Of a DNA stretch of 64,000 nucleotides, positions 31,809 to 39,940 are shown piece by piece. The number at the start of each line of letters is the position of its first letter. Position 1 is the first letter of the stretch. The stretch is from an uncultured Spirochaetota bacterium (lineage in GTDB: Bacteria > Spirochaetota > Spirochaetia > SZUA-6 > Fen-1364), in contig CAWGAA010000001.1 in assembly GCA_963820525.1 (NCBI GenBank), positions 384,001 to 448,000 of the forward strand, written 5' to 3'. The position numbers and the translations under genes were made by a program. The notes below the pieces were generated by a model. The model had not been told where the DNA came from. It ran no database searches and was given only the letters and a program-made list of their open reading frames with translations.

Positions 31809-33111
31809 AGCGAAGGATCTCCGCGGGCCGGAAAGCGGCCACAGTCCGTGAGGCTCCATAAGCGGCGGCGACTGATGCCAGGGTCGCGAAGAACGCGACG
31901 AGAAAAGCCTCCGGCAGGAGCACGCGGGAAGGAACCTCGGTGAGGTAGAAGTACAGCGGCGAGAATATGGCGAAGCCCTCGGAGCCGCCGGCGGGACGGA
32001 AGGGAGCAGACAGGGCATGAGCGGCCCACATGACGGCGTTCACGAGGACCTCAACCGCCGAGAAAACGGCGTTGATGTTCGCGGCCAGAGCCAGGCCGAT
32101 AAGCATGCCCGCAAGGGCCCCCGCCATTCCGATGACGAGACCTTCGAAGATGAAGGCGTACTGGATGGAGCGGGGGGGGACTCCCACGGCCTTCAGGACG
32201 GCGATCTCCTCCTTTTTCTCGAACACGGTCCTGCGAAGCGATGTATAGATGTTGAAGCCGACCACAACGAAAATCAGACCGACGAGGAGCATCATCATGA
32301 GCTTTTCCATGAACAAAGCGTCGAAAAAGGAGCGGTTGTACTCCCTCCAGCTCTCGGCGCGGAACCCGCTCCCTTCGAGGGCGGCCGATATTCTTTTTAC
32401 GGCGGCCGCGTCGAGGAACCGGTCGGTCAGCTTGATCCCGTAGGTGAGAGACGCGCCGCCCGGCGCCAGACGTCGAGCCGCCGAGAGGGAGATGAACGCC
32501 AGGCCCACGTCGAAATCGTAGTAGCCGCAGGAGAATATCCCCGTCACGGTGAAAACCACTCTCCTCGGTGCGGGCAGGCCTCCCGAAGCGTCGACGGAGA
32601 CGAGCGTGATCGAGTCTCCCACCCGTGTGCCCGTGAATGCGGCCAGTTCGGAACCGATCACGATGGAATCGTCCGTTGAAAGAGAAAAGGATCCGGAGCG
32701 AAGGGCGAGAAGCCGCCGCTGGACGGGATCGCGGGCAAGCAGGTCGGGAGGCACGGCGCGAACCGTGCACGGCCTCGGCCGGAAAAACATCCCCTCGACG
32801 AGGACCTGCCGCTCCGAAAAAGGAATAACCGCCGTGACCGACGGCAGCGAGCTCACGACGGTGAGGATCCGATCGGCAAGGGCACCCTCCGCGGCGCCCT
32901 GCCCGTGGATCTGAACGTGATAGGAGCTGATCTCCACGATGCTCTCGATGAAGCCGAGCTGAAACCCGTTCATAACGCCCAGGACCACGGTAAGGGTCAT
33001 GACGCCTACCGCGACTCCGAGAACGGAGAGAAGAGATGGAGCCAGTCCGCGCGCCTTTCGCTTGGCCCGCAGGTAGCGCATGGCGATGAAGGGAACGAGC
33101 GAGAACCTCAT
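31801..33111 (-). CDS. lipoprotein-releasing ABC transporter permease (LolC/E family)
   Basis: IAMRYLRAK, VLGVMNGF, EIAVLKAVG, PAEILRYE. Confidence 0.9.
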   Translation of the reverse strand: MRFSLVPFIAMRYLRAKRKARGLAPSLLSVLGVAVGVMTLTVVLGVMNGFQLGFIESIVEISSYHVQIHGQGAAEGALADRILTVVSSLPSVTAVIPFSERQVLVEGMFFRPRPCTVRAVPPDLLARDPVQRRLLALRSGSFSLSTDDSIVIGSELAAFTGTRVGDSITLVSVDASGGLPAPRRVVFTVTGIFSCGYYDFDVGLAFISLSAARRLAPGGASLTYGIKLTDRFLDAAAVKRISAALEGSGFRAESWREYNRSFFDALFMEKLMMMLLVGLIFVVVGFNIYTSLRRTVFEKKEEIAVLKAVGVPPRSIQYAFIFEGLVIGMAGALAGMLIGLALAANINAVFSAVEVLVNAVMWAAHALSAPFRPAGGSEGFAIFSPLYFYLTEVPSRVLLPEAFLVAFFATLASVAAAYGASRTVAAFRPAEILRYE

Positions 33112-34211
33112 TCAAAGCTTCTCTCTCTCAAAAGCTTCCCCCCCTGGTAGACCTCCTCCTTGGTCTTCTTGTCGCCCGTGTAATAGATGCGCAGGAACAT
33201 TACCCCATCCTGGTAGAGCTCTTCGTAACGCTCGTCCTTCGCCGTATAGACAACCGTTTTCACATGGCTTCCCCTGAGGAAGTAGCGCTCCTCGGAAAGC
33301 TCTCCCGTCGTGCCGTAGGTGGAGACCCATTCCTCGATCCCCGCCGCGCTCCTGCGCCGCTTGGCCGTGTTGTGGCCCTCCGAATCCCAAACGTTATCGA
33401 TCTCCTCCGTGGGGGCGCCCCCGATGCTGTGCTTCTCGTTCACCAGGAGGCCCTTTTCGTCGTAGCTCCTCTCGATGAGGCTCTTCTCGGAAGGCCGCTG
33501 CTCGGTGGAGGAAAGCAGGACGCGCGAATCGGCGCGGTAAACGAATTGCACGCGGGAGACGAGATCTTCGTCCTTGAGCTGGTCTTCATTAACCATCCGG
33601 CCCTTCTTGTCGAACCGCGTCACGTAGGTGATCTCACCCACGCGATCGCGTTCCTCGCTGACGCCCTCGCTTCCCGCGACATAGGCGGAGGCCGACGAGG
33701 AACCGTCCGAGTTCTGCCGGCGCACCTGACGGAGAAAGCCCTTCGAGCTGGTGAGGTAGCTCTCCGTAGAGAGCAGAGCGCCGTCGGCCGCCAGGACCTT
33801 TACCGTTGAAAGCCGCCCCCCGGCGTACTCGAATAATGACTTCCCGGCGAGCTTGCCCTCCGCATACGTCTCCTCGGATTGGATATCGCCGGTTGCTCCG
33901 TAGAGCCTTCGCGCCGTGAGGACGCCTCCTTCGATCTCGCGCTCCTCCTTTTTCACCCCTTCAGGAGTGAAGCTCGACTCCCAGCGATGCGTCTCCTTTC
34001 CGTCCTGGTAGAGACGCCGCACTTCGCGAGCCACGCCCGTCTCGATTTCCAGCACGTAGGGAAACTCGTCCCTGCGGAAGGGAGCGATCTTCTGCAGGGG
34101 CATGCCGAGCGCATTGGAGCTGAAAAGGGCCCTGTCCGCGTCGACGCGCGTGACGGCGGCCAGCGCGATGAGCAGAAGGATCGTCGCGCGCCGGATCGCG
34201 GCCTCCCTCAT
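33108..34211 (-). CDS. secreted beta-hairpin repeat protein (YwqK/MORN/YD-like)
   Basis: Signal peptide; repeated Y-x-x-x-G-x-L/V units. Confidence 0.65.
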   Translation of the reverse strand: MREAAIRRATILLLIALAAVTRVDADRALFSSNALGMPLQKIAPFRRDEFPYVLEIETGVAREVRRLYQDGKETHRWESSFTPEGVKKEEREIEGGVLTARRLYGATGDIQSEETYAEGKLAGKSLFEYAGGRLSTVKVLAADGALLSTESYLTSSKGFLRQVRRQNSDGSSSASAYVAGSEGVSEERDRVGEITYVTRFDKKGRMVNEDQLKDEDLVSRVQFVYRADSRVLLSSTEQRPSEKSLIERSYDEKGLLVNEKHSIGGAPTEEIDNVWDSEGHNTAKRRRSAAGIEEWVSTYGTTGELSEERYFLRGSHVKTVVYTAKDERYEELYQDGVMFLRIYYTGDKKTKEEVYQGGKLLRERSFE

Positions 34212-35086
34212 ACGGTCCCGAACAGGGAGTCGAGGTAGCGGTCCACGTCGAAAACCGAGAGGTCCTCGAGCTTCTCTCCGAGTCCGACGAAAGAGAATGG
34301 AATACCCAGCTCCCGACAGATGGGGACGACCATCCCGCCCTTTGCCGTCGAGTCGGCCTTTGCGAGCACAATGGAATCGATGCCGACTGCCTTGTGAAAC
34401 ACCTCGGCCTGCTGGAGCGAGTTCTGGCCCGTGGTCGCGTCCACCACGAGAACACGCTTGTAGGAGCCGTCGGGGAGCCGGGATCGTGCGATCTTGTCGA
34501 TTTTCATCAGCTCCTTCACCAGGGCCTCCTTGTTGTGGAGCCTGCCCGCCGTATCGGCGATGATCAGCTCCATCCCCCGAGCGGAAGCGCTCGTGATGGA
34601 ATCGAATACCACGGCCCCCGGGTCGGCACCCGGGTCCTGGGCGATGATGGGAATGCCAAGACGCGCCGCATGGAGCTTGAGCTGCTCTACGGCGGCGGCG
34701 CGAAAGGTATCCCCGGCCACCAGGAGGATCTTCTCGATCCGCCGGACCGTATGAAAGTGATGAGCCAGCTTGGCGATCGTGGTTGTCTTTCCGACGCCAT
34801 TGACGCCGAGCACCAAGAGAAGGGTGAGGCGCCCCGGAGGAACCTCGATCTCCTTTACCTTGATGAAGCTCTTCACCTGCGCCTTGAGGGAGGCCACCAT
34901 GTCGCTTCGGCTGCGTATCCTCTGGCTTTTCACGCTCTGCCGCAGGGCATCGGCCATCTCGGAGGCGATCTTCACGCCCATGTCCGCCTCGATCATCGCG
35001 TCTTCCAGCTCCTCGAAGAACTCCTCGTTGAGCTCCCGCGTGGCGAGGAGCTCGCGGAGCTTCCTGCCGATGCCTCCAAACAGCAT
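34208..35086 (-). CDS. ftsY: signal recognition particle receptor FtsY
   Basis: GVNGVGKTTT, DTFRAAA, DTAGR, TGQN, TAKGG. Confidence 0.96.
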   Translation of the reverse strand: MLFGGIGRKLRELLATRELNEEFFEELEDAMIEADMGVKIASEMADALRQSVKSQRIRSRSDMVASLKAQVKSFIKVKEIEVPPGRLTLLLVLGVNGVGKTTTIAKLAHHFHTVRRIEKILLVAGDTFRAAAVEQLKLHAARLGIPIIAQDPGADPGAVVFDSITSASARGMELIIADTAGRLHNKEALVKELMKIDKIARSRLPDGSYKRVLVVDATTGQNSLQQAEVFHKAVGIDSIVLAKADSTAKGGMVVPICRELGIPFSFVGLGEKLEDLSVFDVDRYLDSLFGTV

Positions 35087-35101
35087 AGTCGGCGCTTCCT
35101 C

Positions 35102-36601
35102 CTATCCGGCGGTCCGGTTGGCGACCGTGATGTAATGGATGAGATCGATGATCATCCAGGTTGCTAGGGAAGCGCTCAGGCCGATCCCCGCAAAATAGGA
35201 ATAGTAAAAGATGTAGTATGTGTTGACGGAGTTCTGCGCCGCGGTGCTGCCCGCCGGCTGCTGCGCGTATGCCCTGGCATAACTGGCGGAGAATGTGTAG
35301 CTGAAGAAGGGGATGGGGAGCGAGAGGAGGAAGAAGCCGAATGCCGTGTAGAAATCGTCGCGAGCCTTCTTCTGGAACTCCTGCAGGGAGCCGATGTCCT
35401 TCTGCAGATCGAAGGAGAGCTGGGGCGGCGAAGACGGCCCGATTGAAAAAGGCACATCATAAAATCCCGCGAGACCCAGCTGCACGCGGGTGCGTTCGGC
35501 GGGAAGCTCCAGGGTGAGCGGGGTCTTTCCTATCCAGATGGAGTCGAGGTACACGTCGGCGCCGGGAGGATTCGTTGAAAGGGTGAGGTTGGGCCTGTTC
35601 TCCTTTTCAAGCTGAATGGAGAGGGTTTGCTCTTCAAGGGGGGCGAGATCGACCGTTCTCACCTCCTCCTTGTATCCGGGGGCCGAGACGCGGATCTCGC
35701 GGGCGCCGGGCTCGAGGTAGGCCGATTGCACGCGGCCGGCGCCCATCGACTTTCCATCGATCGTCGTCAGGCTGTCCGGCGGATCGGGAACGAGCGTGAG
35801 CGATGCCCACTGCCTGCCCAGGATGACCCCCACCAGCCCCTTTGCGGCCTCGCCGAGGGACTCGTAGATTCTCTCGGGCTGGGCCGCGTCGCGAAACGTG
35901 TATACGGTCTGCTCCTGGACGGGCTCATATGCCCAGAGATCCACGAGGATGTAGCCCTCAATCTGTCTCACTGTGCCCCCGATGAGAAGGTCCGCGTCCT
36001 GCTCCAGCGCGTACTGGTAGAGGGAGTATTGCGGCGCGTCGAAGAGCTTCCCCACGCCGGTCCCTTCCTTGAACTGGACGGGCTTTGCCTTCTCCACCTT
36101 GATCTCGGCGGGATCCAGAGCTTCCAGCCAGTGGATGCGCTCCAATGCGTCTGAAAGCCGTTTCTCGGAATCGGCCACAGCCTTGGGATCCTGCGGCACG
36201 GCGAACAGGGATTCGTCCCTCTGCTGCCTGAGCTGGGCGAGGCCTTGATAGAGCCCGCGAAGCTCCTTGATGATCACGCTCTTCTGATAGGCGGCAAGCT
36301 CTTCCGGGGGAAAGGAGTGGTCGCTCAAGGCGCTGACCCGATCCTTGAGGAGCAGGGGTACGCTGAACGCAAGATAGCTCTCGTCGGGGGTGAGCCCTTC
36401 CCCCGTCAAAGACGTGAACGCGACGGCCCAATTCTTCCGCGCGTCGAGCGGCGCAGTCTGCCGGCCGCTTTGCGGGCCCTGGGGGGCAGGTGCAGGCGGG
36501 GTGCCGGGAGGCTGCTGGTCGGGAGGTGTGGGCGGCGCCTGGGGATACGAGCGGAAAAGGGGAAGGACCAAAAGCAATGCAAGGAGCGCCGGGGTTCTCA
36601 T
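35102..36601 (-). CDS. PEGA domain-containing membrane protein
   Basis: Signal peptide; STNPPGADVYLD...IGKTPL PEGA motif; C-terminal TMs. Confidence 0.75.
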   Translation of the reverse strand: MRTPALLALLLVLPLFRSYPQAPPTPPDQQPPGTPPAPAPQGPQSGRQTAPLDARKNWAVAFTSLTGEGLTPDESYLAFSVPLLLKDRVSALSDHSFPPEELAAYQKSVIIKELRGLYQGLAQLRQQRDESLFAVPQDPKAVADSEKRLSDALERIHWLEALDPAEIKVEKAKPVQFKEGTGVGKLFDAPQYSLYQYALEQDADLLIGGTVRQIEGYILVDLWAYEPVQEQTVYTFRDAAQPERIYESLGEAAKGLVGVILGRQWASLTLVPDPPDSLTTIDGKSMGAGRVQSAYLEPGAREIRVSAPGYKEEVRTVDLAPLEEQTLSIQLEKENRPNLTLSTNPPGADVYLDSIWIGKTPLTLELPAERTRVQLGLAGFYDVPFSIGPSSPPQLSFDLQKDIGSLQEFQKKARDDFYTAFGFFLLSLPIPFFSYTFSASYARAYAQQPAGSTAAQNSVNTYYIFYYSYFAGIGLSASLATWMIIDLIHYITVANRTAG

Positions 36602-36969
36602 CAGATGATATTGAGCACCTTCTTCAGCGCGGAGACGACGCGCTGGGGCTGGAAAGGCTTGACGATGAAATCCCTTGCGCCGAGCTGGATGGCCTGCACG
36701 ATGAGCCGCTGCTGCCCGAGGGCCGAGCAGATGATCACCCGCGCCGCGGGATCGAACTCGCGGATGCGCTTGAGAGCGGTGAGGCCGTCCATCCCCGGCA
36801 TGGTGATATCCATGAGCACCACGTCGGGCCTTTTCTCCTGGTAGAGCCTGATCGCCTCCTCTCCGTTGGACGCCTCTCCCACCACGCGGAACCCCGACTT
36901 CTCGAGAATGTCACGCAGCACGATCTTGATGAAAGCAAGGTCGTCTACGACCAGGATGTTGATCGCCAT
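36601..36969 (-). CDS. cheY: single-domain response regulator (CheY-like)
   Basis: ILVVDD, MDITMPGMDG, CSALGQ, FIVKPF. Confidence 0.9.
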   Translation of the reverse strand: MAINILVVDDLAFIKIVLRDILEKSGFRVVGEASNGEEAIRLYQEKRPDVVLMDITMPGMDGLTALKRIREFDPAARVIICSALGQQRLIVQAIQLGARDFIVKPFQPQRVVSALKKVLNII

Positions 36970-36971
36970 CT

Positions 36972-38109
36972 CTAGATTCCCTCGCGTCCCCCCGCCTTGG
37001 CCCCACCGCTGCGTTGGAGCCACTGCTGCTTGAGGAACTCTTCGATGAACGCGTCGATCTCGCCGTCCATGACGGCCTGGATATTGCCCACCTCGTGCTT
37101 CGTTCGGTGGTCCTTTACGAGGGTGTAGGGCTGGAAGGTATAGGAGCGGATCTGGTTGCCCCAGGAGATGTCCTTTTTCTCCTGCGCCATCTTCTCGCGG
37201 TCCTTGTCCCGCTCGCTCTTGTAGTATTCGTAGAGCCTCGACCGGAGCACCTTCATGGCAAAGGCCTTGTTCTTGTACTGGCTGCGCTCGTTCTGGCACT
37301 GGACCACGATACCCGTGGGCAGGTGCGTGATCCTCACCGCCGAGTCGGTCTTGTTCACGTGCTGGCCGCCGGCCCCGCCCGCCCGGTACGTGTCGATTCT
37401 CAAGTCCTCGGGGCCGATATCCACATCGATGGTGTCATCCAGAACGGGGAAGCAGAACGCGGAGGCGAATGACGTGTGGCGGCGCGCGTTGGAATCGAAG
37501 GGCGAGATCCGCACCAGCCTGTGGATTCCGGTTTCGGCCTTGAGGTACCCATAGGCGTAAGCACCGTTCACCTGGATCGTGACGCTCTTGATGCCGCCCT
37601 CGGCTTCAAGGATGTCTATGATATCGACGGCGTAGCCGTGGCGTTCAGCCCAGCGGGTGTACATGCGCAAGAGCATGCTCACCCAGTCGTTGGCTTCCGT
37701 GCCGCCCGCGCCCGAATGGATCGTGAGGAAAGCGGAGGAGGCGTCGTTCTCGTCGCCCAGGAGCTCGAGGACCTTGAGTTCCTGGTAGCGGCCTTCGAGC
37801 TTCTGGTACGTCCGCGCTAGGTCTTCCTCCAGCGATTCGTCCTTCTCCTCCAGCGCCATGCGGGAAATCTCCTCCAGCTCCTTGAACTCGGCGCGAAGCT
37901 TCTCCCACGGCTCGAAGCGGCGCTTGAGCGTTTTCAGCCGCGAGAGGGCAACTCCAGCGCCGTCCTTGTCCTGCCAGAAATCGGGAAGGGCGGTCCGCTT
38001 CTCGATTTCCGCGATCTGGCTGCTCATTATGTCGGGGTCAAAGACCCCTCCAGGTCTCTTCGATTTGCGCTCCAAGGCTCTGAAGCTTCGGTTCGAGCTC
38101 TCCCAGCAC
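36972..38109 (-). CDS. prfB: peptide chain release factor 2 with programmed +1 frameshift
   Basis: SPF and GGQ motifs; GTG 38109 opens a 23-codon ORF (MLGELEPKLQSLGAQIEETWRGL) ending CTT-TGA-C, then the +1 frame continues DPDIM... Confidence 0.95.
38037..38051 (-). promoter_or_regulatory. RF2 autoregulatory frameshift cassette
   Basis: GGAGG-GGT-CTT-TGA-C on the minus strand: internal SD 3 nt before the slippery CTT-T. Confidence 0.93.
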
Positions 38110-38119
38110 AAGGCACCTC

Positions 38120-38392
38120 TCACGTCTTGACGATCAGCCGTCTCCACTTCTTCTCTTTCAACACCGTGATCGCGAGGGTATTCTCGACGGGGTATTGGTA
38201 GAAGCGGATACTATCATAGGAGTCAGCCAGCCTGTCAAGGTCCTTCTTCAGCCGGTTGAGGGAGGACTCTGACAGGGAGCTGGATTCGAATGCGTCCTTC
38301 AGCACTTTCGTGAATCCGTATTGAAGTATGAGGTTCTGCGCGGCGTTCCTGTGATCGTCGCTTGCAAAATCGCATACCACGGACACGAACAT
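38120..38392 (-). CDS. orphan Cas2-like (Cas2/VapD ferredoxin-fold) protein
   Basis: 90 aa; N-terminal strand ending in Asp8 (VSVVCD), then QYGF, AFE, DSIRFY at Cas2-like spacing. Confidence 0.75.
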   Translation of the reverse strand: MFVSVVCDFASDDHRNAAQNLILQYGFTKVLKDAFESSSLSESSLNRLKKDLDRLADSYDSIRFYQYPVENTLAITVLKEKKWRRLIVKT

Positions 38393-38398
38393 GATTCT

Positions 38399-38427
38399 AG
38401 TGTATGCCACGCCGCCGCGCATGTCAA
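38399..38427 (-). promoter_or_regulatory. sigma70-type promoter of the cas2-like/prfB operon (leaderless)
   Basis: TTGACA-17 nt-TACACT, 6 nt before ATG 38392; no SD. Confidence 0.75.
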
Positions 38428-38551
38428 ACAGAGTCCCCGCCCGATGCCGGCGATCGGGCGCAGTGGCGCGGTGGACCGGCGGCGGCGCCCCGCGGGAGTT
38501 TTCCTATGGACATGATCCGGAAAAGCCGACTAGTATAGAAGAGGTATCATC

Positions 38552-39808
38552 ATGGTCCGACGGCGCGCCGTGCCAGCCTCTCTCCTTCTCCTGACCCTCT
38601 TTGGCCTCACCGCTTTCGCGGCGGAGCAGCCCAATGCAGTGTTCGCCCCCTTTGTCTCGAGACTCAAGGCGACCGTCGCCGACTACCAGATCAAGCTCAC
38701 CTGGAAGGACTCCTCCGATGTTCAGGGAGAGGACCTGCTCTACCGCTCCACGGAGGAGATCACGGACGCGAACCTGGACAAGGCGACCCTTCTGACGCGC
38801 ATACCGCTCGGAGTGGAGTACTACATCGACACCCCACCCGACGAGAAGGGATATTTCTACGCCGTTCTCGTTCAGGACACGTCGAAGAGGCTCTACCGGG
38901 TCCTGATCCCCTTCAGGAACAAGACGAGCCTTGCCATATCCGTGGCGACAACCGCCACGGAAGAGCAGCTTGCCTCCCGTATCACGGGAATCAAGGCCGT
39001 CGTATCCGCGGCGGGCGACGCCATCAACCTCTCCTTCACTTCCTCGAATCCCTCGCGGGACCTCCTCGTTTTCTGGAGCACGGCGCCTCTCTCCCTGCCG
39101 GAAGACCTCCTGCGGGGCACATCGAAAGTCTCGATCGACCCCGGCGTCACGATGTATCCCGTCGCCGGCATACCGGGAGTGGACTACTATTTTGCGATCC
39201 TGGATGCAGGGCTCTACAAGGTAGGCAAATCCCCCCTGGAGCTCGGCCAGAACGTTACCATTCAGCCGGTCCAGATTCCCCTTCCGGTTGGTGCGAGCCC
39301 CCAGCCGGCCCTCCCGCCGGGGCGGCCGCTGCCCCTGCCTCCGCTCCAGCTGACAAAGACGATAGAGAGCGGAAGGGACCTCCCTTCAGACCAGGCATTC
39401 GCGCTCCCCGAACAGAGGAACGTCTCTCTCAATACGGGACGGGCGATCACGCAGATCCTGTCCGCAATAAAGCTCCCCCCGCCGCCGGAGATGGAGCTGG
39501 AGATCCTCGAATCGGATCTCACCCCCGCCACGAGCGGGCAGCTTGCCTCGCTGCAGTTCGTCGTGACGAACCAGTTCGCCAAGAAGAACTTCGCGGATGC
39601 CGAACGGCTCATCCGCGATTTTTTGAGCCTCCCCCGCAAGCCGGAGGTGGAGGCCAGAGCGCGCTTCTACCTTGGAGAAATCACGTACTTCCAGAACAAG
39701 CCGCGCGATGCCGCAATGGAGTTCCTACTGGCCGAGGACTACCTCTACCACGATACGCAGCCCTGGCTCGACGCATGCTTCCGGAAGCTCGAAGCGTCGG
39801 CGCAGTAG
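38552..39808 (+). CDS. secreted hypothetical protein with beta-rich N-terminus and C-terminal TPR-like helix pair
   Basis: Signal peptide (TAFA), GAGG RBS, ARARFYLGE. Confidence 0.75.
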   Translation: MVRRRAVPASLLLLTLFGLTAFAAEQPNAVFAPFVSRLKATVADYQIKLTWKDSSDVQGEDLLYRSTEEITDANLDKATLLTRIPLGVEYYIDTPPDEKGYFYAVLVQDTSKRLYRVLIPFRNKTSLAISVATTATEEQLASRITGIKAVVSAAGDAINLSFTSSNPSRDLLVFWSTAPLSLPEDLLRGTSKVSIDPGVTMYPVAGIPGVDYYFAILDAGLYKVGKSPLELGQNVTIQPVQIPLPVGASPQPALPPGRPLPLPPLQLTKTIESGRDLPSDQAFALPEQRNVSLNTGRAITQILSAIKLPPPPEMELEILESDLTPATSGQLASLQFVVTNQFAKKNFADAERLIRDFLSLPRKPEVEARARFYLGEITYFQNKPRDAAMEFLLAEDYLYHDTQPWLDACFRKLEASAQ

Positions 39809-39868
39809 GACGCAGATCGCGGCAGGACGCCGCACCCCTCCGCCATCCCCCCGCATGGTTGCCCCCGC

Positions 39869-39940
39869 CTCTCGCTGTTTGCTGCGCAAACAGCTGCCGG
39901 CATGGGGCCTCCTAGCGGTTCGCCTTCGGCGAACCACTAG
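39869..39940. repeat. REP-like palindromic element between convergent genes
   Basis: Hairpins GCTGTTTGC/GCAAACAGC and GGTTCGCC-TTC-GGCGAACC; shares CTCTCGCYGTKTGC and CGCCTTCGGCG with the 47.8k and 55.3k elements. Confidence 0.6.

Noticed and set aside
33108..34211. Rhs/YD toxin or toxin-antitoxin component
   Set aside because: No Rhs core or toxin tip; it has a signal peptide and sits within the ftsY-lol housekeeping operon.
38110..38147. ORF-track N-terminus of RF2 (METADRQ...)
   Set aside because: It overlaps the Cas2-like gene; the GTG 38109 start with frameshift cassette fits the known prfB structure better.
38393..38551. CRISPR array or leader beside the Cas2-like gene
   Set aside because: Only about 160 nt, holding two promoters and one hairpin; no direct repeats.
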